A stretch of 64,000 bases of DNA from Raja brachyura (taxonomy: Eukaryota), in NCBI GenBank assembly GCA_963514005.1, contig OY740786.1:66340001-66404000 (forward strand), given 5' to 3'. Shown one piece after another: positions 51,486-62,794 of the stretch. The notes beneath the pieces were generated by a model, which was given only the letters and a program-made list of their open reading frames with translations, had not been told where the DNA came from and ran no database searches. The translations under genes were made by a program, and so were the position numbers. The first letter of the stretch is position 1; each line of letters opens with the position of its first letter.

Positions 51486-51994
51486 TTATTCTCGGTCAAA
51501 ATCGAACCTTATGAGGTGTTTTGGATAGCAAAATATGCTGCGTTAGTTTATTCAGATGAACAGATTTGAGTTTTACTGAACAGTGTTTCGTTATCATGTA
51601 TTTTTAATTTTATAGAAATACGGGATAGTGGATAAGGGATTTGTTATACTTTGTTGGGGATTCTCTTAAATAATGATGGTTGGGGAGACAGTACCTGGGG
51701 ATTGGGAAAGTGCTGTCTGGTGAGATAAAAGTAGCAACATATAGCTGAACCGGTCACAAAAGAGAAAATTTACTTATTTTTTAAATATTTACTGTTTAAT
51801 AATGTTAAGGTTACACAACATTAATTTAGCATTAAGGAAATGTATGTATGATTTAATGTTTTACTGCCATTAGAGTTACAGCGGAAATGTATTCTCTTCC
51901 ATATTTTCAATCATGGATTATGTCTATAGCAACGTTGAAGTAAGTTTAAAATAAAAATTAAACATCAAATAAAACACATTGTACTGTTTACTAG

Positions 51995-52127
51995 GTAGTG
52001 GTGCCCAGTCCAAGTTGATGCAAGAAAAACTATTAGAATTGGAATTTGAAATTAACCAGTTTCGTGCAGAAAATACTTCACTGGCTAAACTCCGAGATGA
52101 TAAAGAGAAAGCAATGAAGGGCCTTAG
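51995..52127 (+). CDS. CENPJ: CPAP coiled-coil exon (SKLMQEKLLELEFEINQFRAENTSLAKLRDDKEKAMKGLR)
   Basis: Matches human [29 protein letters not shown]; acceptor actag|, donor AG|gtaagt; later exons (TCP/G-box) not found in the window. Confidence 0.94.
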
Positions 52128-52637
52128 GTAAGTGCACTGTTCTTTTCAGTAGAAGGCATTTGGGCCATTTTATTTTCCTTTGCCGAAGTAATGACCTTTT
52201 GCCACGTCATGTCAAAAGTTAATATAATAACACAAGTCTGCATGCGCATCATGCAACACAGGGCACTATTTGACATCAGTTATAGGTTTCTCTTGCATAT
52301 TTTTTGTAGAATTTTGCTAGTCACTCTTCGGTGTTTTTAATACCTTATTCCCTGTCTTGTATTATCCTTTTAAAACAGGGATGCAACAATTATAGCCCCT
52401 TGAAATCTGAACACAGTTATTTTCATTTGCTGCAAATGAAAAATTTCAAAACATCGGAAGGCAAATCGAGAGAGTCAGGAATGATGTGTTATTTTGCAGG
52501 CAACATTTTGCTGAATTCTTGGAACCAGGAACCTCTTCAAAAAAATATGTTTGAAATCATCAGTATGAAATCTTTACTGATGCCCAAGGCAGTCTGATTA
52601 CTCATTTTAGTCTTTTTGAAATGATTTTAATATTTAC

Positions 52638-52800
52638 TAGACCAAGTGGGACCCGTTGAGGGTCCCGTTCCCTCAACGCGCGGTTGGGGGGGGGGGGGGG
52701 GGGGCGGCCTGCGGACACATACACGCACGTGCACACACTAACCACCCTGCACACACACTAACCCCCCCCCCCCCCCCGATATTATGATTCATATTAATTA
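52638..52800 (-). mobile_element. Helitron 3' end fragment
   Basis: Reverse complement ends in a GGGACCC/GGGTCCC hairpin and ACTTGGT-CTAG|T. Confidence 0.7.
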
Positions 52801-53158
52801 ATATTTAATTAAGAGAGAGACAGAAGGAACTGTAGATGCTGGTTTACCAAAAAAGACTCTGTTGCAACTCAGTGGGTCAGACAGCATCTCTGGAAACGTG
52901 GATAAGTGACATTTTTAATCAAGACCCTTCTTCAGATTTATTTAGTTAGATTTAAATCCCACAGATGCCTTGGAGGGATTGAACACCTCTCTCTGGTTCC
53001 CTGGACTATCAAGCACATAGTTTACTGATCAGGAACATTGACCTGTGGAGTAAATCTGATCATTCCAATTTGGAAAATATCCAATGTTGAAATGTTGTAG
53101 TCAATTAGTGGCTTTGGCACAAAGTGACCATGGGGCACTTGGAATCCTAAGCGTCTAA

Positions 53159-53725
53159 AGGGCCTGTCCCACCAGCATGCAACTCTATGCGATGAACGCG
53201 ATCAAACCGGCAGCGGGGGCCGCGCGGAGGTCGGGTGATCCCCTGTACAGGGCCGTTCCCACCAGCATGTGCCTGCATGCGGCAAGCGCAACTAAACCGG
53301 CAGCGAGGGCCGCGCGGAGGTTGGGTGGGTGGCGCAACGCGGCGCAAAGCGAGGCGAACTTGAAGCAAGTCCAAGGTAAGTTCGCCAGGACTTAGAGGGG
53401 CACACAGAGAGGGGCACCGAGACACACACACATACAGGGCCACGGAGCCACACACATAGAGGGTCACGGAGGCACTTACAAATGGGTTCACGGAGACACG
53501 ATGTCCGGGCGGTGTGTAAATGTCGAGGCGACTGCGAGCCGACAAGCCGTTGCCGCGCGGGATTTTTGGACATAGTCGGTTTTTCGGAGCCCCGCGCAGT
53601 GTCGGGACGAATTCCGCGCGGCTCCGGCGATCGACGTGGGACCGGCCCCGCGACGCAGGACGGCTCAAGCGACCACGTTAGGTCGCGCTAATCGCATAGA
53701 GTTGCATGCTGGTGGGACAGGCCCT
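53159..53725. mobile_element. Young PIF/Harbinger-type MITE
   Basis: Perfect 35-bp TIR (53159-53193 and 53691-53725) with TAA TSD. Confidence 0.9.
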
Positions 53726-54224
53726 TAAGGTGGATGGTGCTGCAAGGTTTGTAGTATAAAAGATCAGTTCCCCAAATGCTTGCTTCCATTCACATTCTGG
53801 AACCTGGTCTATGGTTCTCTTCAAACTGATTTTCCATTGTTTGTTTTATAATCGTGACACAAATCCAAATTGAAGTCTGCAGACTGTTCATCTAAATATA
53901 TTAAACCTGGGAGCTTTGTCTAACAGCAGTCAGGTTCTGGGGACCTTTGCAAATGTAGTGTTGATGTCAAATGTATTATAATGGAGCAGGTCAATAAATT
54001 AACTCTCCATCCCATTCCAAAACTGACCTTTTTGTCCCAGGTCTGCTCCACTGTCAGTGTGAAGCCAAACGCAAATTGGAGGAACAGCACCTTTTATTTC
54101 TCTTGGGCAGCATACAACCCAGGATTTGAACGTTGATTTCTTTAATTTCAAGTATGGCTTTCATTCGCTCCTTTTTCCCCATCCCCCGCCCTTTCCACTC
54201 GGACATTGCCCCCAACTGCGCAGG

Positions 54225-55000
54225 CGAGGCGGGAGAGGGAGGGGAGTAGAGGAGGAGGGGGGGGGGGGTAGAGAGGGTGATGGGGGTAGGGAGGGGGAGG
54301 GGGTAGAGAGGGAGTGGGTTGGGGGGGGATAGAGAGGGGGATAGAGACGGGCAGAGACATGGGAGGGGGTAGAGAGCGTGTGGGGGGGGGAGGGGGAAGA
54401 GAGGGTGAAGGGGTAGAGAGTGTAGAGGTAGGGGAGAGGGTGGAGAGAGGGAGGTAGAGTCGGGGAGGGGGGTAGCGTGGGGGGGAGGGAGGGTGTGAAG
54501 GAGTGTAGATGTTTGAACAACTCTCCCTCCCCCCTCCTCTCCCTCAATCCTCCCACACTCCCTCCTCAACTCCCCCGGATTTTCTATCTCTCCACTCCCC
54601 CAATCCCTACCTCACCTCTTTGAGTGGAGCCGATGGAGCTGGGCTTAATGGGTCCGAGCGGAGTGCGCGTGGCCGAAAGGGGTCCCAGCGGGGCCGAGCG
54701 TGTCCCAGCGGAGCTGAGCTGGGCCAAACGGGTCCCAGCTGAGCTGAGCGGGGCCGAACCGGTCCCAGCGGGGCCGAATGTGTCCCAGCGGGGCCGAACA
54801 GGTTAGAGTGCTGGAGTTCCCCTCGTAGGGGGGTAGAGAGGGAGGGGGAGGGGGTAGAGAGGGAGGTGAGGGGGGTAGAGAGTGAGGGGGTAAAGAAATG
54901 GAGGTGAGGGGGGGTAGAGAGGGAGGGGGTAGAGAGGGTGAGGGGGGTAGAGTGGCAGAGAGTGAGGGGGTTAGAGAGGGAGGTAGAGTCGGGGAGGGGG
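54225..55000. repeat. Purine-rich composite repeat (GAGGGGGTAGAGAG and CCCAGCGGGGCCGA units), second unit at 62121-62580
   Basis: Shared core GTGTAGAYRTTTGAACAACT...CCACTCCCCCAATCC...GTCCCAGCGGAGCTGAGCT on both sides of the ERV. Confidence 0.75.
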
Positions 55001-55990
55001 TACAGCATTCTTGCCCAACGATGGCACAGGTGCCCCCTTTGTTGGTCAGAATGAAATCAAAGGCCATTCGATTCTGTAGCACCACTATCATCATGGCAGC
55101 CATTTCAGCTGTCAGTGACCCGATCTGGCTTGAGTTCCCGTAAGGGCAACTGCTGTTTTATTAGCCAATTCCTCCAATAGCCCAGTAAGATGGTGCTAAT
55201 CTCCGGAGATTAGTGCATTCCGATTTACTCCATACCAGGGGAGCATTGTCATCCCAACACTCTCACCTGGGGAGAATTACAGTTTTGTGAACTGAGACCT
55301 AGGTGTGAGATTTTTAATGTGGGATGGTCTGTTATTAGCTTAAAATGGCATACAGCAGGGATCACATAAGCAAGGTAACAGCATCCTGTCCAGTAATGAG
55401 GGCCATATACCATACTTCCATCGTTCGGTGCATCCCTGGTAAACATGGATTGGCCCATGATCCACATATAAAATAGGTACCATTATCAGATCGAGGTGGG
55501 CCAGAGGTAGCACTAGTGTCCATTGTAGTGCATGAGCTGTTTCCCAGGAAAACCCGTGTGCCTTTATGTGATGGTGACAGATGGCATTAACTGGTTTCTG
55601 GGTAGCTTCTATTATCTTTAATCGTGTGAGCTCTGCCCCTTTTTTAACATAAATTTTCCAATCCGCCTTAAAAGGTGGGACGTACCATCCCTTAAAGTTG
55701 TTTGACTTTGAAGAACCCTCCCTGTTACCCCTACGGATCGTTTTATTAAAGGAAGAGGACAAAAACTGTAAGGCATATTCAGTGTTATTCAGTGGGATAG
55801 GGACCAGGGGAATCCCTCCCTTCCCATTTCATGGCATTGAGCATACCCAGCAGGACTAATCAGTAGGAGTGAAACTGCGTATGCATGGGCTGCTTTAAGG
55901 TACACATTCCTCTCGCATGGTTCAGTTATCGGGGTCAGGGAACTGATGATAATGAATACTGTCCAGCACCAAGCTATGGCAAAAGTGCCT
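55001..55990 (-). pseudogene. ERV env (gamma-type), frameshifted, truncated after CX6CC
   Basis: CWVC at 55841-55852; WTGCCYLAYVIP; LQNRMAFDFILTNKGGTCAIVGQECC. Confidence 0.92.
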
Positions 55991-57830
55991 TTATTTGTGG
56001 CTCGGTGCAGCTGTCTTCTTGCAGTCAGGGTTATGCACCCACCAAGGGTGTCCTTCTACTTTAACGGCTGTTGGAGTGGTGAGTACAAGGTATGGACCTC
56101 TCCAGCGGCCACCCAATTTATTTCGATCCCAATTGCGTATCAGAACGTAATCGCCAGCCTGTAACAGTCCTTCCATCGTCTAAGGACCGTTGTGTCTCTC
56201 GAACCTGTGAGTGCAAAACTCACAAAATCCATTAGTAATCGCACGTATGTCATCAATTGTTCATCCAAGGCAAGGAGATCATAGGTTATCTCCACAACTT
56301 CATCGGCCCACCCCCCCCCCCCCCCCCCAGCGAGTCTTGAGGGGCCTCCCATACATTAGTTTAGCAGGGGTCAATTGAGCAGTAGAATGGGGAGTGGTAT
56401 GCATAGCAAATAAAGCCGTAGGCAAAACCTGGACCCAATTAAGCTTTGTCTCTTCAGTTAGTTTAGCAAGCTTGCTTTTTAAAATTCCATTAACTCGCTC
56501 CACAATTCCTGCAGCTTGTGGATGGATGGTGTACACAGTGAAATTGTTGTCGAATGTTCAATTGCTTACACGTTTCGTCATTAACCTTAGCCGTAAAATG
56601 TGGCCCGTTGTCTGAACTAATAACAGTAGGAAGTCCGAATCGTGGCATAATTTCACGTAGCAGAACAGCAACAGTAGACTGGGCCGTAGCATTAGTAGTA
56701 GGGATTGCTTCAACCCATCGACTGAAAAGATCTCTAATAACTAAGCAATGTTTATAATAATACATTCTAGATAAGTCAATAAAATCAATTTGAATGCACT
56801 GAAAAAGCTGATGCATTACAGTCATTTGTCCTGGTTCGGTCCGCACGGCTTTTCCAGGGTTGTGTCTCTGGCAAATCTGACACTGGATACAATTTGTAAT
56901 ACTTCTTTCATCAAATGTGGGTGCCACCATGTAGCTTTAGAGTTTTCTAACATTCCTCCCTTTCCATTACGTGTAAGGGAGTGTACATATTGCAACAACA
57001 TAGGCAATAAAACATGGTAGGATAAGCAATCCATTTACTAAAGATGTTTACAATAACCAATACATATTTATAAAACTGACATCTTGAATGATTGCCATTG
57101 ATTTTTCTGAGGGAGACATGTATTTTTCTATGCTTTATCAGCATCATCATTTTAGGTACCACCACCCCGTACCCTTGGAACATTTCCTTAGCTTCTTGGC
57201 AATTTGTTTTAGCTACATAACGGGTTGTAACAGATCTGATATCAATTGCTGGTGAGAAGTCTGTTCCTGCTGATGTCAAGAATCCCCTATTTATCCACAA
57301 CTGACCAAAGTCACAGATCACTCCAAAAGTATATCTGAAGTCAGTGTAAACGTTGATTCCCAAGTCCTTCCCTGATGCAGGCTCTTATCTGGACAAACAG
57401 CTCCGCTTGTTTTGTAGAGAATGATGTTTCAAAGGTCGACGCCTCCACATTATTGCCATGCTGATCTATAATTACGTATCCTGAAAGTCTTTCACCTAGA
57501 GATCCACTCCCACCTATATACATAGTTAAGTCAGGGTTTGTCATGGGAATATCTGTCAAATCTTCCCAAACGTATCTTCTTTAATCACAAATGGGCAGTC
57601 GTGCCCTGACTCAGCTAGTTCCTCCGGTTGTTTGACGAGAAAGGATGACGGATTGATGGTGGTATAATACTTAAATTGCAAGCTTGCCTGCTCCTTCAGC
57701 CGGTACTGTCATATAGAGTTAACTTTATAGTGTTAACTTTTCTGGGGAGCTACTTGGATGGGGTTAATCTGGACACATCCAACCTTAGTGGAGTCTTCTT
57801 CCCACACCTGTGGGTCCACATACTCTGTTA
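55991..57830 (-). pseudogene. ERV pol remnants: RT N-terminus, RNase H and integrase
   Basis: VDPQVWEEDSTKVG; INPSSFL..HDC; QAELF; NVYTDFRY; CIQCQICQRHN; IQIDFI; RFGLPTVISSDNGPHF; HPQAAGIVERVNGILK; WRGPYLVL. Confidence 0.93.
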
Positions 57831-58547
57831 CCTCACTCCCCAGATGATGTTGTAACTGTGTAGTAACCCTCCTGGGTCATTGATAAAATTGAACAGTACA
57901 ATTATTAGACAGTTCTTGTTCCTGGCTCGTGTTTGGATTTGCCAGACCAATTGCTTGCTTAACCATAGCTCCCAAATCCTTTGCATTAGATGGGACGTTC
58001 ACTTTATTTGTGATATGCACGGCAACCTCATAGTCCTGCTTCCACAATTCCAAAGGCACCTCATATCAATACGTTTTAGTATAGTGGTAGTAAGAGCAGT
58101 AAGGATTGCTTCCTCTCTGGCTTCATTCTGAGCATGTTAATTAACCAGCACATCATGGGTTCGGAACCACAAGTTAGCTTGGAATATTTTGTGTTCTACT
58201 GGGGTTAGAACTTGTTGGATAGGTTGGCTCTTTTTAGTCTTATTCTTGGAACAGAGCGTGACTGGGGATGCCACCAAACGGGTGCTGTCAGAGTTAGGGA
58301 ACTCTGCCTGTGCTGCTGGAGTGGACGCAGGTGGTGCTGCAAGGGCTGCAAACTCGATTTTACCGTAGGTTGGGGGCTGTATGAATGGTGACGGTTGCCA
58401 CAGCACGTAAGCGTTAGTACAGATTCTCTCCCACTCATCCAAACCAATCCTCGTCTCTCTATCAAAACCAAAACCAACCATTAGATCACGCAAGCTGCTG
58501 CTTGAGTCCTCGTTAAGTCTATAGTGGATCACAGTTTTAAGTTCTTT

Positions 58548-58795
58548 ACACTGGCCTTCAGTCTGTCAAACAATGGATTTCAAAATATTACTGTTGGTTT
58601 ATAAAACATTGAATGGTCTAGGGCAAAAATACATTTGTGATCTTCTGCTAAATTATGAACCATCCAGACCTCTGAGGTCATCTGGGATAGGTGCTTTCTG
58701 TAAAAACTGAAGATGGAGGACCATCGTTTATTCTTTTATCCACCACATATATGAATCAACTTCCATAAAAATGCGGGTCCACTCAAATTAATAAC
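58548..58795 (+). mobile_element. L2-clade LINE fragment inserted in the ERV
   Basis: LHW..., DFKILLLVYKTLNGLG.KYI.DLLLNYEPSRPLRSSG. Confidence 0.8.
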
Positions 58796-59426
58796 ACAGA
58801 ATACTAATGGCATTAATCAGCCAAGTTCTAACATGTTTCTATTCTGTACCAATTCATTCTGTCCCCTTATTCGATCTAATTACCATAACAGGGCCCTTTT
58901 TATCTGCAAGCAATGCAATAGCAATTAGCGCTTTCATGCCTGTGAGTCATTTTGGCCAAAACTTTCACACAAAACAATTAGATTCTTACAACACAAAATT
59001 CCACAGTGAAATAAATTCCACAGTACACCTCCACAAAACTCAGTATTTAGAGTCACAAAAGTAAAAAAAAGTGGCAGCCTCCCCACCTTTTCAGCATAAG
59101 TAAACATCATGCGAAGAATATGCAAAGTTAAGCCAGAATATAAGCAAACGTAAACAAAAAAAAGTCACTATATACTCCCGCGGCCAAGCAGTCAAACTGC
59201 TCTTTCGAGGTGATCGATGTTAAAGCCCCCAAACAATAGCCATTTCTTAAAGGGACATATATACATCTGCTCATAGCTTCAAAGTGTAACTACATTCCAC
59301 ATACAATAGCATTTTTTTTTCACAAGCAGTACATAATATTTCACCTTCAAAGACGTCTATTTGTAATATATCCTCCCGTTTTCTGACAAGTCTGTTCTAT
59401 GTACCAGAATCCTGGTTGCAAAAAAT

Positions 59427-59823
59427 TTACAAGAAGCAATTTAGAGGTTTAGCTGTATTAGCAGCCATGAGTCTCTTGCTTTTTCTTCCAACTCCAATCT
59501 TTTTATAACAGAATTGCTTTTCAGAAAAAGGGGTCCCCGGCGTGATTTCTTCCACTTGTCGCTTAATTTGTGACCCAACGCTTTTCTTATCTCTTAACTC
59601 TATTCCTTTCTTACTTGCAGTATCCATCCAGCTTCGATCTCTACTCTCCTTGTGCAGTTTAATTACCTCGTTTCCACGTTCCACCTACTGGCCAGGCTTC
59701 ACCATCCAGTCGCTTAGTCAAAGTCGCTGACAATTGTCTCAAATTTCTACTTCTACCCTGATCCGTAAAACACATAGGCTGCACTGGCGACCTGTTGTCG
59801 CTCTTATCTAAACCTTGTCCCAT
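59427..59823 (-). pseudogene. ERV gag matrix-like region
   Basis: MGQGLDKS myristoylation-type start at 59823; WPVGGTW motif; frameshifted. Confidence 0.7.
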
Positions 59824-60236
59824 TCTATCTTCCCTCCTTCGATTCTCAACCCGACAAATCCTCGGATGTCTCAACAAAGCAACCTCCATTCCGTGTTTCT
59901 CAACCCAGCAAACCCTGGATCTCTCAATAAGGCAGACGCACTATACGTCCGGTATCTCTAAACCCGACAAATCCCTCGGGTGTCTCAACAAAGCCGACGC
60001 ACCACAAAATTCACAATAATCCAGGTGGTTCACTCACCTCAATTCCCTTATCCCCTCGTTCGTCTTGGATATCGGTTGGGAACACCAGATCTGACCACAG
60101 GCATGGGGCCACAATGTTCCAGTGAGTCGGATGTTGGGGACCCAACTCAAGGGGTCAGGATTATGCACAGAATCCCCCTTCGAAGTCTCTGTTTCACTGT
60201 TGCCACTTATTCATCCGTGCCATCTATCCCAACGAA

Positions 60237-60254
60237 ATCCTGCCGACTACACCA
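60237..60254 (-). other. Primer-binding site complementary to tRNA-Ser
   Basis: TGGTGTAGTCGGCAGGAT versus expected TGGCGTAGTCGGCAGGAT (17/18), 2 nt after the LTR-terminal CA. Confidence 0.9.
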
Positions 60255-60256
60255 AA

Positions 60257-62120
60257 TGTGAAAGTCTGCCGAGCTTCCAGTGTAAAATAACTCAAAACAC
60301 AAGTCTCAGTGAACGAGTCTTTACTAGAAGTCACACCCGGGTGATAAGAGGACAGTCACTTATATGGACACGGAGTCCATACAAGAGGCTGCCGCTGTCC
60401 CTTCCTGAGCATACAAGCGAAATACAGTGTATACAGATAAAGCAGCTCGAAGCACATGGTTGTGAACAAAGGCACTCAGTTAAAAGAAGAGATACATATT
60501 GAAGTTCCTTAGACAGGTTAGGGAGGCATGGGAGAAAGAAGAGTATGGTCAGCTGGACATAGCTAAAGGCCCCATTGTTTGATAACACACGGACTACGAG
60601 ATGTTACCATTAGAATGGAATGTCACAAGGACGAGAATGGCTCTTATCTATGTTCTCTCAGCTACTGCAAGGCCGTTCTGCCGGATGACTGCAAAAGCCT
60701 GTTTTACTATATGCTAACATCTTTAACTGAAAATGGAGGTTATCTATATTACTAAAAGTCTGATCTTGACCACTTCTTGTTGTTCTGTATATTGATTGTA
60801 GAAAGAACGCTGCCACTTACTCCTATGATTTTTGGCCATCTTACTCGGAGTCCCCCTCCGCTGTGCAGGACAAGAGGATTATTCTCATCGATACAAAATA
60901 AAAGAGTTATTAGTTTTTAAAAAATGTTGAGATTCTCTCCTGAAGGCCACGCCCCTTCCGGAGGGACTATAAAACCCGGAAGTGTTGAGTGCCTCAGTCT
61001 CTGCAAGATGGGGGAGCGAGAGGGTCACGTCTCTCAGTCTGAGCTGTGAATAACACTGAACACGTGTCCACTAAACTGCGAGTGTGGTTTTACTAACCTT
61101 GAGTGCCCTTAATGTGGTTTGAAAATGAAAATATGGTTGGGTTGAAATAAAGCACAGCAAATGGTTGGTGGTGGTTGCTTTGAAATAAAGCACAGCAAAT
61201 GGTTGGTGGTGGTTGGATTGAAATAAAGCACAGCAAATGGTTAGTTTGAAATAAAGTACAGCAAATGGTTGGTGGTGGGTGTTTTGAAATGGCAAATGAT
61301 TAAAAGTCTAAACTTGACAACTTCCTGTTTGCACTGTATATTGATTTTAGATAAAACACTACCACTTAGGGCTGTGAATTTTGGCCATCTTACTCAGTCC
61401 CCCTCTGCTCATCAGGTGCAGAGGATTCTTCCCATCAATGAAAATAAAAGTGTTATTAGTGTTTAAAAAATGTTGAGAATCTGTCTCCTGTCAATCATGC
61501 CATTAAGGCTCCTGGTGAGAAGGGGGATTATAAAACCCGGAAGTATGGGTGGGGCTCAGTCTCTGCAAGATGGGGGAAGGAGAGGTCACGACTCTGAGCT
61601 GTGAATCAACTAAACACATTGAATGTCTACTGAACTGCGAGTGTAGTGTTTTGTGTGGTTTTATGGTGGTTTCACCCTGCTTGAAATGTTATGAAACTGC
61701 ATTTGAATTTGGTGGCCTTGCACCCAACTTGAAATGGTATGAAACTGCACTTGAATTTGGTGGCCTTGCACCCTGCTTGAAGTGGTATGAAACTGCATTT
61801 GAGTCAACTGCCAGCCCACCAGCCGTGAGTGAGATGCCAGCACATCAAGCTTGAGTGACTGAGCTGCCACCCCAATAATCCATTTGGCCCACAATGTGCA
61901 TACTAGCCCTCTGGAAACCAGTCCCAGCCCCTTCAGCCCACAACACCCATACTAGCGCTCCAGAAAGCCCCCCCCCCCCAACTGGCCACCAATATTGGAA
62001 TTGGTGGAGAGGTGGAATATTGAGTTGGAGGAGCAGCCCTCCCGTGTGAACATGTGTCCCACTTAGTCTAGTAGCGAATATAAGCTAAATAAAATGGCGG
62101 CTGGCACATTAACTTTTACA
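60257..62120 (-). promoter_or_regulatory. ERV 5' LTR (~535 bp after removing the inserted Helitron)
   Basis: TG...CA ends with imperfect inverted repeats; TATAAG near 60360 and AGTAAA near 60323 on the minus strand. Confidence 0.85.
60743..62071 (+). mobile_element. Complete non-autonomous Helitron inserted in the LTR
   Basis: A|TC...CTAG|T insertion without TSD; internal ~350-bp duplication and short tandem repeats. Confidence 0.88.
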
Positions 62121-62794
62121 GGGAGGGTAGAGAAGGACGGGTGTAGAGAGGGGGGAGGGAGGGTAGAGACAGGTGGTAGGGAGGGGGTAGAGAGGGAGGG
62201 GGCGTGAGAGGGAGTGTAGACATTTGAACAACTTTCCCTACTCCCCAGAATTGTTTTTCCTGTCCTCCACTCCCCCAATCCTTCCCTCACCTCTCCATGT
62301 GTGCGGGACCGTATGTGTCCCAGCGGAGCTGAGCTTGCGAAGCCGAATATGTCCCAGCGGAGCCGAGCATAGGGAGACAAACTGGTCCCAGCAGAGTCGA
62401 GCATGCGGGGCCGAACGGGTCCCAGAGGAGCCTAGCGAGGCCAAAGTGCTATAGTGCCCCTTGTAGGAGGGTAGAGAGGGAGGGGCAGGGGGTAGAGAGG
62501 GAGTTGAGGGGCATAGAGGGAGGGGGTTAGAGAGAGGGCATAGAGTGGGAGGGAGGGTAGGGATGGAGAGGGCGAGAGGTTCCCAGCTGGTGGGAATTTT
62601 TTTCTTCAAAATTAGAGCTTGGAAAACTTTAATATTTTGAAGCTGTTTTTAAAAGGTTGGTAACTTGTGAAATATATGTTGAAATACGACGGGAAGGAAG
62701 AGTTTTTTACTGATCACAAGAAAGCATTGGCGTATGTTCGGAAGATTGTGGGCCCGAGTGTGGACTGAATAACATTCATATAATATCGTCATCT

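Larger units (their letters stand above)
55001..62120 (-). mobile_element. Degenerate class I (epsilon-like) endogenous retrovirus: 5' LTR, PBS, gag, pol (RT mostly deleted), env; 3' end lost
   Basis: LTR with TGTAAAAG...CTTTCACA ends; tRNA-Ser PBS; MGQ..WP..GT matrix; RNase H; integrase; env CWVC and ISD-CX6CC. Confidence 0.93.

Noticed and set aside
54054-55008. Pro/Leu/Ser-rich ORFs, including the apparent extension of env after CX6CC
   Set aside because: Low-complexity GA repeat; the env fusion is a deletion junction with no transmembrane anchor
55001-55990. Domesticated syncytin-like env gene
   Set aside because: Multiple stops and frameshifts, and the transmembrane segment is missing
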